NCBI GenBank assembly: GCA_963724325.1
Contig: CAVRUH010000004.1
Location: 1-64,000, forward strand
DNA: 64,000 bases
Direction of reading: 5' to 3'
Source: Waddliaceae bacterium
GTDB lineage: Bacteria > Chlamydiota > Chlamydiia > Chlamydiales > Waddliaceae
In this document: piece by piece, positions 47,709 to 57,524 of the stretch
Numbering within the stretch: the stretch's first letter is position 1
How the letters are laid out: each line of letters starts with the position of its first letter
The notes under the pieces: model-generated
Told to the model about the DNA's origin: nothing
The model's database searches: none
What the model saw: only the letters and a program-made list of their open reading frames with translations
Program-made: the position numbers and the translations under genes

Positions 47709-47866
47709 AATAACAGGATACGCAGGATCGCAAGCGGCAGGATATGAAGGATTATAGGAAGATGATGTCAATTATTTTTTATTTTAAAACTGGGTAAGAA
47801 GTTACATATATCATTCGTATCCTACCGCTTTGCGATCTTGCATATCCTGTTATTTGTTGTGAATTG
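47709..47866. repeat. REP-like palindromic element, family B copy 1
   Basis: AATAACAGGATACGCAGGATCGCAAGCGGCAGGAT...ATCCTACCGCTTTGCGATCTTGCATATCCTGTTATT, ends TTGTGAATTG. Confidence 0.8.
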
Positions 47867-47936
47867 ATATGCCCTGCAAAGAAAAAAAGAATTTGTTTTA
47901 GTTTCTTGTACGTGATAAGATATATAGTACACAGGA

Positions 47937-48437
47937 GTGATGGTTATGAAGGAAGAATTTGGAAATATGAAGGCAAAAAAAGTCGATGCTCAAGAGTTCG
48001 AATTGCCAGAAACCCTTTTTGTCAGAGATATTGAAAATAAAGTGTTTCAGGGAATCGTGTTTCAATGTCTGTCAAAAATCGAAGGGATATCACTTCTTGA
48101 AGGAAATTTTATCGACAATATTCTAGGTCGAGATGCCCAGGAAACCATTCGCGGCATACATGCAGAACAGGATAACAAACATCAATGCGTGAGCATCAAA
48201 ATCGAAATCAATGTAGGATTCGGCGTATCAATGCCCGCAAAAGCCGAAGAAATCCAAACGAAAGTTGCCGAAGAGATTTCCCGTATGACCGGTCTCCATG
48301 TTTCCATGGTCCATGTTATTTTTAAAGGAATCATGCCCGTAAACAAACTCAAGAAAGTTTCTGGAATATTTCCAAAACCACCAGAGCGCGTAGCAGCCGC
48401 ATCCAATCAAGCCGACGAGTATAGCGACGAGTTTTAA
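47937..48437 (+). CDS. Asp23/Gls24 family envelope stress protein
   Basis: EINVGFGVSMP..AEEIQ.KV...ISRMTGL.V..VHV. Confidence 0.85.
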   Translation: MMVMKEEFGNMKAKKVDAQEFELPETLFVRDIENKVFQGIVFQCLSKIEGISLLEGNFIDNILGRDAQETIRGIHAEQDNKHQCVSIKIEINVGFGVSMPAKAEEIQTKVAEEISRMTGLHVSMVHVIFKGIMPVNKLKKVSGIFPKPPERVAAASNQADEYSDEF

Positions 48438-48439
48438 TA

Positions 48440-48952
48440 ATGAATTTGAGTAAACTATTATATTCTTTCACCACACTCATTGTGGGCGTTTTTTTTGTCC
48501 TTTTAGGTACCATTGGCGTCTTAACTTTATGGTTTCAACAAGTCCAGGAAGAAGTTGTTCGTTTTATCCAACAAAATACACTCTTTATTTCCCTTTTTTC
48601 ACTAAGTATTCTGCTCATCGGAGTCGGCATCATCGTTCAAGTAATCCTAAGCACTCGACATCAACATTATAAAATCTTAGGCGGTAAGAATTTGGCAACC
48701 GTAGATGAAGATGTTTTACAAGGCTACCTGGATTCATATTGGAAAGAACTTTTTCCCAAAAAAGGTGTGCCTAATCGGGTATATCTAAAGAACAATCGTA
48801 TTTATATTTCCGCCGACCTCCCCTATTTTCCCTCTGAAGAACAAAAAACACTCCTGACTAAAGTCGATAAAGATATTTCCAAGGTACTGGGAACGATTTT
48901 TGGATACAATCAAGAGTTTTCTCTACAAATAAGTTTTAATGAAGCACAATAA
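48440..48952 (+). CDS. two-TM hypothetical protein (possible Asp23 membrane anchor)
   Basis: Two TM segments; directly downstream of the asp23-like gene. Confidence 0.55.
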   Translation: MNLSKLLYSFTTLIVGVFFVLLGTIGVLTLWFQQVQEEVVRFIQQNTLFISLFSLSILLIGVGIIVQVILSTRHQHYKILGGKNLATVDEDVLQGYLDSYWKELFPKKGVPNRVYLKNNRIYISADLPYFPSEEQKTLLTKVDKDISKVLGTIFGYNQEFSLQISFNEAQ

Positions 48953-49526
48953 TCACCTTAAACTCGCACACCACTATTGGAGCGAACTTGTCTCTCTCGG
49001 AGATCTTGTCATTGATGCCACCTGCGGCAATGGTCAAGACACCCTATTTCTCGCAAAAATTGCCCTTTCAGAGGATTCTGGAACCCTTTTCGCCATCGAC
49101 ATACAACCTGCAGCCATAGAATCTGCAAAAAAAAATCTAATAGAGCAATTGCCAGTTCCCTTTTTTGATCGCGTTAAATTTATTTTGGGATCACACGCAA
49201 CCTTTCCCGAGGAAATAAAACCCGGCACTGTAAAATTGATCGTTTATAATCTTGGATATCTTCCAGGAGGTGATAAAACAAGGACGACTCTAACTGAGTC
49301 CACTCTCAAGAGCATAGAATCGGCACTAAAATTGATTTCGAATGAAGGAATGATAAGCATCACCTGTTATCCTGGACATGAAGAAGGAAAAAAAGAAGAG
49401 GATGCCATCCTCATCTATTGCGCAACCCTCGATCCACACCACTGGACCTGCCACCACCACCGCTGGATCAACCGCAACAATGCCCCCAGCCTACTCATCA
49501 TCAAAAAGAATAACCGCACTTTTTAA
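48939..49526 (+). CDS. class I SAM methyltransferase (YtqB/MnmM-like)
   Basis: VIDATCGNGQDT, DIQ, YNLGYLPGGDK, YPGHEEG. Confidence 0.88.
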   Translation: MKHNNHLKLAHHYWSELVSLGDLVIDATCGNGQDTLFLAKIALSEDSGTLFAIDIQPAAIESAKKNLIEQLPVPFFDRVKFILGSHATFPEEIKPGTVKLIVYNLGYLPGGDKTRTTLTESTLKSIESALKLISNEGMISITCYPGHEEGKKEEDAILIYCATLDPHHWTCHHHRWINRNNAPSLLIIKKNNRTF

Positions 49527-49534
49527 AGTTCGTC

Positions 49535-51067
49535 CTATATTCTCCGTTGCATTCTCTGTTGTATTCTGTTAAAGCGTTCTCGCTCAACATCAACAAGCTC
49601 TTTACCATATGCATCTTCTAACTTTTCGATTCCTCCAAAATTCGCACTAAGTACCGCACCTATCACTTGTCTCTGAAAGGTTGGCCCTAATAGAAAATAA
49701 CTCTGATTGCATCGCAAAATAATTTGCTTATCCCCGGTACCCTCTCTACCATAAGGTAGTACTAAGGGATCTCCTTCATACATTCCAAATAGTTCGTCAA
49801 TGCGAATAATATAGCCTTCCGGAGCTCTTTTATAACCAGAATGACCCCAATTGGGATTTTCCCTATTCATCATCATCATGTGTACAAATATTAATGGCCC
49901 CCCTGATAGTTCTTCCCCTTCAATATGTCCCTTTAAAGTTAACGGTAACATGAGCTCTGCAGCGGGCGTCTCCGACGTGATTGTTGCAATACACATATCC
50001 CCCTTTAAAGTCGCTTTTGCTTCGTCAAGAACCTCGGTCAACATTTGCCGTTTCTCTGGATTTAATCCATTTACAAGGTTGTTGATATCAATTTGAGAGA
50101 TGGGTCTATTTGCAGCAGAAAGTTCATCTCCTGGATCAGTTCCTGTAATATTAGGATTCACATTATATTCTGCCAAAGATTCAACTAGATTGAGGCGACA
50201 ATTTCGCGCTAGGTAGTCAGCATCTACAGCAAAAGCAAGATTAGTGATATTTTGCAAAGTGTCTTGCCAACGTTGCACGTCAAATTTAGCGTGAAATCTA
50301 CAGGGTTCCTTATTGAACATATGTGCTTGAGCGTTGACCCTATATGTTTTACCAATTAAAGTATCCACTCCATTAGTAATCCTTTGGATTTCATTATTAA
50401 AACGGTTAGCGAAATCAATCATATTCTCAATGGTCTTTCTTGCCTGAGCCGTTCTATACTCAATTGATAATTCGACTTGCTGTGCTAACTTTTCACTAGT
50501 AAGAGCAATATTCTTTAGATCTTCTGGATCTGTTAATTTTGAGAGAATTACCTGTAGTGGAACAGTATCAAGACTCAATAAATAAGCATATTTTTTATTA
50601 TGGTCTTGAGCATCTTTCTTTATCTCCGCTAACTCTTCTGGGTCGGGTGCTGGCCAAGGGATTTGGCCCGGTTCAAGATATTCAGTAGAAGGTTGTTCGT
50701 CTTCATCTGGAACTTCGACTTGGGCATGCACTTGCTGAAAAATTGCATTGATATCTTTGCCATTTAAATCTGAGGCTATCATTCTTTTTGTAAAGGAACG
50801 TTTTTGTAGGACCTCGAGCATTTCCTTTGCTGCCGGTGCATCGGGATTTGCAAATTTAACTGCAATGATGCTTTTGTTGTACACGTCGCGAACATTCCTA
50901 TCTACTTGACCGAATGATAAAACATTTAATAACAATCGTATAACCCTACCAAAACCTGTTACTTCGTTCAGTTGGTCATTTTTGCCCACCCTAAAGCGTC
51001 TAAAATTGAAATTTACACCCGGCTCTTGCAGTTTTACCAGATTGTTTATTGCTATAATCGAATCCAT
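49535..51067 (-). CDS. candidate effector with internal F-box-like motif (paralog A)
   Basis: LLSLDTVPLQVILSKLTDPEDLKNIALTSEKL; start moved to MDSII (GGAGG RBS). Confidence 0.65.
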   Translation of the reverse strand: MDSIIAINNLVKLQEPGVNFNFRRFRVGKNDQLNEVTGFGRVIRLLLNVLSFGQVDRNVRDVYNKSIIAVKFANPDAPAAKEMLEVLQKRSFTKRMIASDLNGKDINAIFQQVHAQVEVPDEDEQPSTEYLEPGQIPWPAPDPEELAEIKKDAQDHNKKYAYLLSLDTVPLQVILSKLTDPEDLKNIALTSEKLAQQVELSIEYRTAQARKTIENMIDFANRFNNEIQRITNGVDTLIGKTYRVNAQAHMFNKEPCRFHAKFDVQRWQDTLQNITNLAFAVDADYLARNCRLNLVESLAEYNVNPNITGTDPGDELSAANRPISQIDINNLVNGLNPEKRQMLTEVLDEAKATLKGDMCIATITSETPAAELMLPLTLKGHIEGEELSGGPLIFVHMMMMNRENPNWGHSGYKRAPEGYIIRIDELFGMYEGDPLVLPYGREGTGDKQIILRCNQSYFLLGPTFQRQVIGAVLSANFGGIEKLEDAYGKELVDVERERFNRIQQRMQRRI

Positions 51068-51141
51068 ACAACCTCCGCACAAATAATTTTTAATATTTTA
51101 CACATTACTCAATACAATAGAAGCTATAAGAGTCTCTTGAC

Positions 51142-52614
51142 TCATAATCCCACTGGTGGATAATTGCGCACATAATCAACGAGTGCTTTACTATATCCAT
51201 CTTCCAACTTTTTTGTGACCGCATCTTTGATACTATTATCTTCCGCTTGGATGGCATTAAGTGTTCCATCTATAGCAATCTCCTCAAAATAAATATGTCC
51301 CATATTACCAAAGTGTTGACATCGCAAAATTATTTGCTTATCCTCTGTGCCTTCTCTTCCATAAGGAAGTACGATGCGATCTCCATCACGCATTCCAATG
51401 TACGAGTCAAGGTGAATAAATCTGCCAACCGGTGCCCTTGGATAAGGAAGCTGGAACCAATTAGATATTTCTCTATTCCAAATAAACATTCTTATAAATG
51501 GCCCATCTAAGGTTTTATTCTCATCAATATCTTCCTTTAAAGATAACGGCAGCATAACCTCATCAGCTTGTACCCTCATGAAAAACGCTTCCAAGCACAT
51601 TTCCCCCCTTAAAGTCGCTTTGGCTTCTTCAAGGACCTGAGTCAACATTTCTTTTCCCTCTTTATCTAGTCCATTTATCATGTTGTTAATATTAATTTGA
51701 GAGATAGGCCGATCATTTTCAGGACTAATTACATTTCTGTAACCAGGTTTCACGTTATATTCTGCCAAAGCTTCCACTAGATCAAGACGGCAATCTTGCG
51801 CTAGTTGAGCAGCCCTTACGGCGAAATTAGGTTGATTGTTATTTTGCAGAATGTCACTCCACTTTTGCACATCAAATTTAAAGTTACGATATACACCTGA
51901 TCTAAAGTCGTCTCTTTGGCCGGTTAAATTTTCTGCTCCATTAGTAATCCTTTGGATTTCATTATTAAAACGGTTCGTGAAATCAATCATCTGGGTTATT
52001 CTGAATACCATTAATATTTTAACCTGCGCTGCTAACTTTTCACTAGTCAGAGCAATATTCTTTAGGTCTTCTGGATCAGTTAATTTCGAAAGAATCACTT
52101 GAAGTGGAACTGTATCGAGATTCAATAAATAAGCATATTTTCTATTATAGTCTTGAGCATCTTCCTTTACCTCAGCTGCCTCTTCTGGATCAGGTGCGGG
52201 CAGAGGGATTTGGTCTGGTTCACGATCTTCTATAGAAGGTTGTTCATCTTCTTTTGGAACTTCGGTTTGGGGATGAACTTGCTGAAAAATTGCATTGATA
52301 TCTTTGCCATTTAAATCTGAAGCAATCGCTCCTTTTGTAAATGAACGTTTTTGCAGGACTTCAAGCATTTTCTTTGCTGCTGGTGCATCGGGATCTGCAA
52401 ATTTAACTGCAATGATGCTTTTATTGTACACGTCGCGAACGTTCCTGTCGACCTGACCAAATGATAAAACATTTAATAACAATCGTATAACCCTGCCGAA
52501 ACCTGTTACTTCGTTCAGTTGGTCATTTTTGCCCACCCGAAAGCGTCTAAAGTTGAAATCTAAACCTGGCTCTTGCAGTTTTACGAGATTGTCTCTTGCT
52601 ATAATCGGTGTCAT
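51142..52614 (-). CDS. candidate effector with internal F-box-like motif (paralog B)
   Basis: N-terminal half nearly identical to paralog A; C-terminal half diverged. Confidence 0.65.
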   Translation of the reverse strand: MTPIIARDNLVKLQEPGLDFNFRRFRVGKNDQLNEVTGFGRVIRLLLNVLSFGQVDRNVRDVYNKSIIAVKFADPDAPAAKKMLEVLQKRSFTKGAIASDLNGKDINAIFQQVHPQTEVPKEDEQPSIEDREPDQIPLPAPDPEEAAEVKEDAQDYNRKYAYLLNLDTVPLQVILSKLTDPEDLKNIALTSEKLAAQVKILMVFRITQMIDFTNRFNNEIQRITNGAENLTGQRDDFRSGVYRNFKFDVQKWSDILQNNNQPNFAVRAAQLAQDCRLDLVEALAEYNVKPGYRNVISPENDRPISQININNMINGLDKEGKEMLTQVLEEAKATLRGEMCLEAFFMRVQADEVMLPLSLKEDIDENKTLDGPFIRMFIWNREISNWFQLPYPRAPVGRFIHLDSYIGMRDGDRIVLPYGREGTEDKQIILRCQHFGNMGHIYFEEIAIDGTLNAIQAEDNSIKDAVTKKLEDGYSKALVDYVRNYPPVGL

Positions 52615-52741
52615 ATACCCTCAATTAAAAAAATAACTTATTAATTTTTACACATTACTTAATGTATCATTATTATATCAATAAATTAATTACAATGCAA
52701 ATTATTCGTCATATTTTTAAAGCTTAAAAAAATCGCATTTT

Positions 52742-52787
52742 TCAGCGCAAAGCGCTGATTTATAAAAGCCTATGGCATCGCCATAGG
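52742..52787. repeat. REP-like double hairpin
   Basis: TCAGCGC-AAA-GCGCTGA and CCTATGGC-ATC-GCCATAGG. Confidence 0.55.
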
Positions 52788-52863
52788 TAAATTTTGAAAA
52801 ACGAGACCAATGCCGCGCTTGAGTTCTAGGAGAATGAATCAGGAAAAGTAGCGATTAAATTGA

Positions 52864-54420
52864 TTAAAGTCCCCAGACGTCAATTGTTAGGGAATCGACT
52901 TTTTCAGTTTTATGGTAGATTTTTTCATTCCACGATTTTTTTGAATTATCAAAGATTATAAGATGTCCCTCAGTGGCTGCCTTGGTCTTCATGTATTCAG
53001 CCGTTTGCTCTAATCCCTCTTGAAGTGCTTTTGGTGAACGATAAATTTTTAGTTCCAGCACAATTAACTGATTCTTAAATTCAACAAATATGTCCACTCT
53101 ACCCCTACCCAAAGCATATTCGCGGTGAATGCGACCGCCACCGTTCACGATGCGTTGCAGGTACGCCATTAACAGCAAATGAGGTCCAGATTCCTTATAT
53201 AACATTTCTTCAGCTGTAATAGCGGAATTTTCTCGGTAAAATTGCGTAAACTCCGAAAGCATCTTGTGCATATCAATACTTCCATCGGCCTTGAAGTAGG
53301 ATGCCCGCTCTTGTGTAAAACTTCGCTGTCTTGAACTGGTCAGTTCGCGCGGAATTACCTCTCGATAGATGGGGTTGGCTATCTGCAAAAGCCCATTTTG
53401 CTCAGTTACTAGCCCCAAATCAGACACATACTTGACATCATCCGATGGAAAAGGCATTGGACTTCTTTTGGCAGCAAGAATGGCATCGATTATATTCGAA
53501 ACACGCTCCTCCTTCAATCTATCTAGAAGCACATCTAAATGAGTATCGCGGCGCAATATGAGAGCATCTCTAGCGCGTATCATTGCCTCTTTTGTGATAG
53601 GTTGAGAACGGTCTCGAAGGTCCCTTACAGTCACTTGATAACCCAAAGCATTAACAAGCCAAGGTTGACCTTGTGTTTGTTCATAGGCATAAATAATTGC
53701 ATCTTCAGTAAATTCTTGTCCTGTCTCGTGAGTGTGTTGAAGGAGCAGAGTTCGAACTTCATCTAGAGAAAAACTCGACAAGACTAGACTTTCGGCTTTG
53801 ATATTGAATGCACTTCCTCCGATAACCATGGATTGTTGTTCTTCGGAAAATATTCTGTAATCTTTTACGTCCCTGACGCCAATCAGACATATTGATTGTG
53901 GAAAGGCACTTGGACGCTCCAGATAACCTGTCCTTAGCTGCCTAAGTACAGAAATAAGTGTATCCCCAATCAAAGAATCAATTTCATCGATAAAAAGAAC
54001 TAGTGATTTAGAGGATATTTTAGACCATTGTCTTAAAAAATCATATAGAGCATTATAAGGATTATCGGTTATATTTTCAAATAAGGCAAGAGCAGGATCT
54101 TGAGGACCATATGTTTCCTGGATTCTTAATTTAATAAGATCTAATATGGTATTGATTCCCTTCTTCACATCACCTCTGGCTGCTTGAGCCTGTTCGACAT
54201 TTACATAAAGAGGTGTATACTCGTTTTCTTGCATTAGCTGGGTGATGAATTGAAAAACTGCTGATGTTTTTCCAGTCTGTCTAGGTGCATGAAGTATAAA
54301 GTAATAACTATGATCTATTAGCTCATGTAATTTTTGTGGACTCAGACGGAGTGGAAGAAGATAATGTCTTCCTGGAATCACCGGTCCTGCGATATTAAAG
54401 AATTTCTTGTTATCACTCAT
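52864..54420 (-). CDS. AAA-like ATPase with C-terminal PD-(D/E)XK nuclease-like domain
   Basis: FFNIAGP, HAPRQTGKTS, FIDEIDSL, REYALGRGRVDI, LELK, Q...Y. Confidence 0.88.
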   Translation of the reverse strand: MSDNKKFFNIAGPVIPGRHYLLPLRLSPQKLHELIDHSYYFILHAPRQTGKTSAVFQFITQLMQENEYTPLYVNVEQAQAARGDVKKGINTILDLIKLRIQETYGPQDPALALFENITDNPYNALYDFLRQWSKISSKSLVLFIDEIDSLIGDTLISVLRQLRTGYLERPSAFPQSICLIGVRDVKDYRIFSEEQQSMVIGGSAFNIKAESLVLSSFSLDEVRTLLLQHTHETGQEFTEDAIIYAYEQTQGQPWLVNALGYQVTVRDLRDRSQPITKEAMIRARDALILRRDTHLDVLLDRLKEERVSNIIDAILAAKRSPMPFPSDDVKYVSDLGLVTEQNGLLQIANPIYREVIPRELTSSRQRSFTQERASYFKADGSIDMHKMLSEFTQFYRENSAITAEEMLYKESGPHLLLMAYLQRIVNGGGRIHREYALGRGRVDIFVEFKNQLIVLELKIYRSPKALQEGLEQTAEYMKTKAATEGHLIIFDNSKKSWNEKIYHKTEKVDSLTIDVWGL

Positions 54421-54465
54421 AATGTTGCTATTATCTCAAAGAAATGAATATAAGTCGATTGGTTT

Positions 54466-55305
54466 TTAAGCCAGGCGTATAACCTTACCGCCTGTGGCTT
54501 CGAAGCCGAGCAGCTTCCGTTTACCCTGGGGAGAAAGAGTCTCGAATGAGACATATAGCTCGTCCAGCCCATGCCATTCAGAGGTGAGCAAGGCCTCAGG
54601 AATAATGCGAAATTCTATTTTTTCAGAAGTTAATTTCCCTAGCACTTTTTTAAACACCCTATATTGGCTGGGGCGAACAACATCTACAGATGGAAAACAG
54701 ATGCCTATTGGGACTGAGGATTCCATTTGCCCATCAGTAATAATTTTAAGATGCGGAAAACGCTCTTTAGTGATGAGTTGCGCTCTTTTTACAGGATCTA
54801 ATATAGCACTTGCATCAAAAGAAATATAGGCATCTAAACCCTCGGGAAGGTATCCGGAAATTAGATCTAGGTACTCCCCTGCCACATCGCGACAGTATAG
54901 ACTCATTAGGTGCCGCCCATCCTCGTTCTCTAAAAGAAGTTCTGTCGAAACACCTACTTCATCTAAAAGCGTTTCGGCGTCGCCGAATCCATGCAACACC
55001 CATTCCGCAAGATTTTTCTTTTGGCCTTCATCCCAAGGAAACCCGATCGAAAAATCGGCAGGACCTTTGTAAAGGCAAATGCCTCTGGTTTCATTACGAA
55101 ATTCCTTCCATAAAGTGTTGCAGAAATGTTCAAGGGATAATTTAAGCGATTGATACTGAGTTTGAGTAGAAAGGGGCTCCGGAAGCCTTGAAAAGAGTCC
55201 AAGGTCGATGTTCCATAGGATATCATTGCGGCCCTCGGCAATTTTTCGCTGTTTAGACCAGTCTAGCGTTGATTTTGTGGTTCCGTCCAGGTTGACTTCT
55301 AGCAT
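54466..55305 (-). CDS. hypothetical protein coupled to trmB
   Basis: 279-aa ORF overlapping the trmB stop. Confidence 0.7.
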   Translation of the reverse strand: MLEVNLDGTTKSTLDWSKQRKIAEGRNDILWNIDLGLFSRLPEPLSTQTQYQSLKLSLEHFCNTLWKEFRNETRGICLYKGPADFSIGFPWDEGQKKNLAEWVLHGFGDAETLLDEVGVSTELLLENEDGRHLMSLYCRDVAGEYLDLISGYLPEGLDAYISFDASAILDPVKRAQLITKERFPHLKIITDGQMESSVPIGICFPSVDVVRPSQYRVFKKVLGKLTSEKIEFRIIPEALLTSEWHGLDELYVSFETLSPQGKRKLLGFEATGGKVIRLA

Positions 55306-55985
55306 AACGTTTTCTTTTTAAATTGATGATATCTGATTTTCTTCCCCATTTCGCGCCAAAGTTGGTCGAAATAGGATGTTCCATACGATTGGTGTTCATT
55401 AGTAAAATGGGGTTCGGGATATATGGATTCAAAATTTGGATGATCGAGCATGCAGTGAATCATTATCGTCGAATAATCTTCATCATCAGTCACAAGTGTT
55501 GCTTTGCCGCTATCAGTCAGGGTGCGATTCATTTGTTCAACGAAAACCGGACTGATGATTCGGTGCTTGGCGTGGCACCTTTTGGGCCATGGATCTGGGA
55601 AATTAATGAAGATTTCGCTTACACTTTTGTCTGGGAAGTAGTGAGATGTTGTAGAAAGCCCTTCACCGCTGATAATGATTAGATTATTTAGTTCCAGATT
55701 TTTGAGTTTTGACCAGATCTTTTTGACCCGTTCGAATTTTTTTTCCACAGCAACCCAATTAAATTGAGGGTATGCCTGTGCTTTTGCAGCGATCCAAGCT
55801 CCGTTTCCGCTGCAATACTCAATCATCACAGGGTTTGTATTACCGAAAAGCTCTGGTGCATCCCACCCAGGGAAGATAAACTCAGCAAAGGCATCGTAAA
55901 ATTTGGGAATATACCAGACACGGTCTTCGATAAGGACGCATCGGTCTTTCCAAGTGCGAGGTGATTTCAAATTCTTAGGCTTCAT
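55299..55985 (-). CDS. trmB: tRNA (guanine-N7)-methyltransferase
   Basis: IEYCSGNG, INFPDPWPKRCHAKHR, VTD. Confidence 0.93.
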   Translation of the reverse strand: MKPKNLKSPRTWKDRCVLIEDRVWYIPKFYDAFAEFIFPGWDAPELFGNTNPVMIEYCSGNGAWIAAKAQAYPQFNWVAVEKKFERVKKIWSKLKNLELNNLIIISGEGLSTTSHYFPDKSVSEIFINFPDPWPKRCHAKHRIISPVFVEQMNRTLTDSGKATLVTDDEDYSTIMIHCMLDHPNFESIYPEPHFTNEHQSYGTSYFDQLWREMGKKIRYHQFKKKTLC

Positions 55986-55996
55986 GGAGAACGGGA

Positions 55997-56269
55997 TTAG
56001 TTTTTCTTTTCCTTGAGAAGGTCAATAAACATTTGGTAGAGGGCATCAGATCTTGCGACCTGTGATTGGACCATCTGGTCAGTCCGACTTGAATATAATT
56101 CAAATTGTTTATCTGATTTCGCCGTTAGAAGTCTAGATTCTTCGAGCATCCTATTTTCTATTACTTTCATTTCGCGGTATAGAAAGACGTAGGTGGTAAT
56201 TATCGCGCCAAGTATGGCGACTGCTGAAGTAACGATAGTGATGATTTCTGCGAAGTTTGTGCATTCCAT
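55997..56269 (-). CDS. small TM plus coiled-coil hypothetical protein
   Basis: N-terminal TM, helical C-terminus. Confidence 0.55.
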   Translation of the reverse strand: MECTNFAEIITIVTSAVAILGAIITTYVFLYREMKVIENRMLEESRLLTAKSDKQFELYSSRTDQMVQSQVARSDALYQMFIDLLKEKKN

Positions 56270-56308
56270 GACCTAAGTATACCACCCTTAAGAAATTTTC
56301 ACAAGACC

Positions 56309-57295
56309 TCATTTCGAATCTAGATTGGCATGAATTCTTTTCTCAAGGTTTTGAAGCAATGGAGTCAATTTTGTTCGCGCTTCCTGTTCTAAACGATCGA
56401 TGAAGAGAACACCATTAATGTGGTCGTTTTCATGCATAATTGCCTTCGCCTCCCAACCGGAAAACCTTTGCTTCATTAGACTGCCATCAATTGCGGTGTA
56501 TTCAACTGTAATTTCACAAGGACGTTCAACAAGGGAGCGAATAGTAGGAATAGACAAACATCCTTCCGGAGCCTTCCACGTTTCCTTACTTGGCAATGAA
56601 AGTTTAGGATTGATAAACACCTTAACTTCCCCAAGATCAGTTATCTTATTTTCATTTCCAATAGGAGTTCGAATGATAAATAACCTAAGAGAACGATGTA
56701 CTTGCGGGGCCGCCAAGCCAACGCCATCGGCTGCATCCATGGTTTCTACCATCTCTTCTATAAATGTTCTGATTTCATCTGTAATTTCTGTGATTGGATC
56801 GGCCGTTTTTCTCAAAACCGGATCTCCATAATATGCAAAAGGCAGTATTCTCAATGGACCATCCGTAATGAGATGCATGGCACGTCCTTTAGCCAATTCA
56901 CCGGTTCGATAGAACCATCGGTTATGAAATTTTTCGAAATAACTTCTTTCCGTGAAAGTTTCATCATGGCCATTTTGCGATATATGAGCAGTAAAAGTCA
57001 CCATTGCCACGGAATTCTTTTCTTTAAATTCTAAAATTTCAAGCTTATTAAATATAGAATGATTTGAAAATTGGGAAATATTGCGTTTCCAAGAAAATTT
57101 ATTCTGGGAATATTGAGGACTTGCGGGATGTGTTGTTTCAATGATGTATTCCGGGAGATTTAATACATAGGCAGAATATCTCGATCGCATAAGCAGAAGC
57201 GCATTTTCCGGCAGATGTCCTGCATGAAATATTTTACAACATTGTTCGTATTCTTTTTCACTACCACAAGGGCAAGGATTTACTAGATCTGTCAT
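56309..57295 (-). CDS. YchJ (SEC-C + NTF2-like) / peptide deformylase fusion
   Basis: CPCGS..Y..CC...H, LMRSRYSAY, ERSYF...WFY, then GVGLAAPQ, EGCLS, HENDH in one frame; start moved to MTDLV. Confidence 0.88.
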   Translation of the reverse strand: MTDLVNPCPCGSEKEYEQCCKIFHAGHLPENALLLMRSRYSAYVLNLPEYIIETTHPASPQYSQNKFSWKRNISQFSNHSIFNKLEILEFKEKNSVAMVTFTAHISQNGHDETFTERSYFEKFHNRWFYRTGELAKGRAMHLITDGPLRILPFAYYGDPVLRKTADPITEITDEIRTFIEEMVETMDAADGVGLAAPQVHRSLRLFIIRTPIGNENKITDLGEVKVFINPKLSLPSKETWKAPEGCLSIPTIRSLVERPCEITVEYTAIDGSLMKQRFSGWEAKAIMHENDHINGVLFIDRLEQEARTKLTPLLQNLEKRIHANLDSK

Positions 57296-57394
57296 GCTTT
57301 TCTCCAAGTTTCGACAAAGCATAACAGGAATTTTCAAAAATTGCAATTCATATCTACTCCCTGCTAACAACACCCTCACATTCTCATTTTTTCT

Positions 57395-57490
57395 TATCCT
57401 GCCCATCCTGCCGCTTGCGATCCTGCATATCCTGTTTGTACCAGGAATAACAGGATTTGCAGGATCGCAAGCGGCAGGATGGGCAGGATA
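57395..57490. repeat. REP-like palindromic element, family B copy 2 (arms in opposite order)
   Basis: TATCCTGCCCATCCTGCCGCTTGCGATCCTGCATATCCTGTT-N12-AACAGGATTTGCAGGATCGCAAGCGGCAGGATGGGCAGGATA. Confidence 0.85.
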
Positions 57491-57524
57491 TTGATGGTTT
57501 AAAGAATTTAATGAAATTTTTGGG

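Noticed and set aside
57294..57494. 66-aa ORF and the N-terminal extension of the 56309-57406 ORF
   Set aside because: Both run through the family B palindrome; the likely real start is the ATG at 57295.
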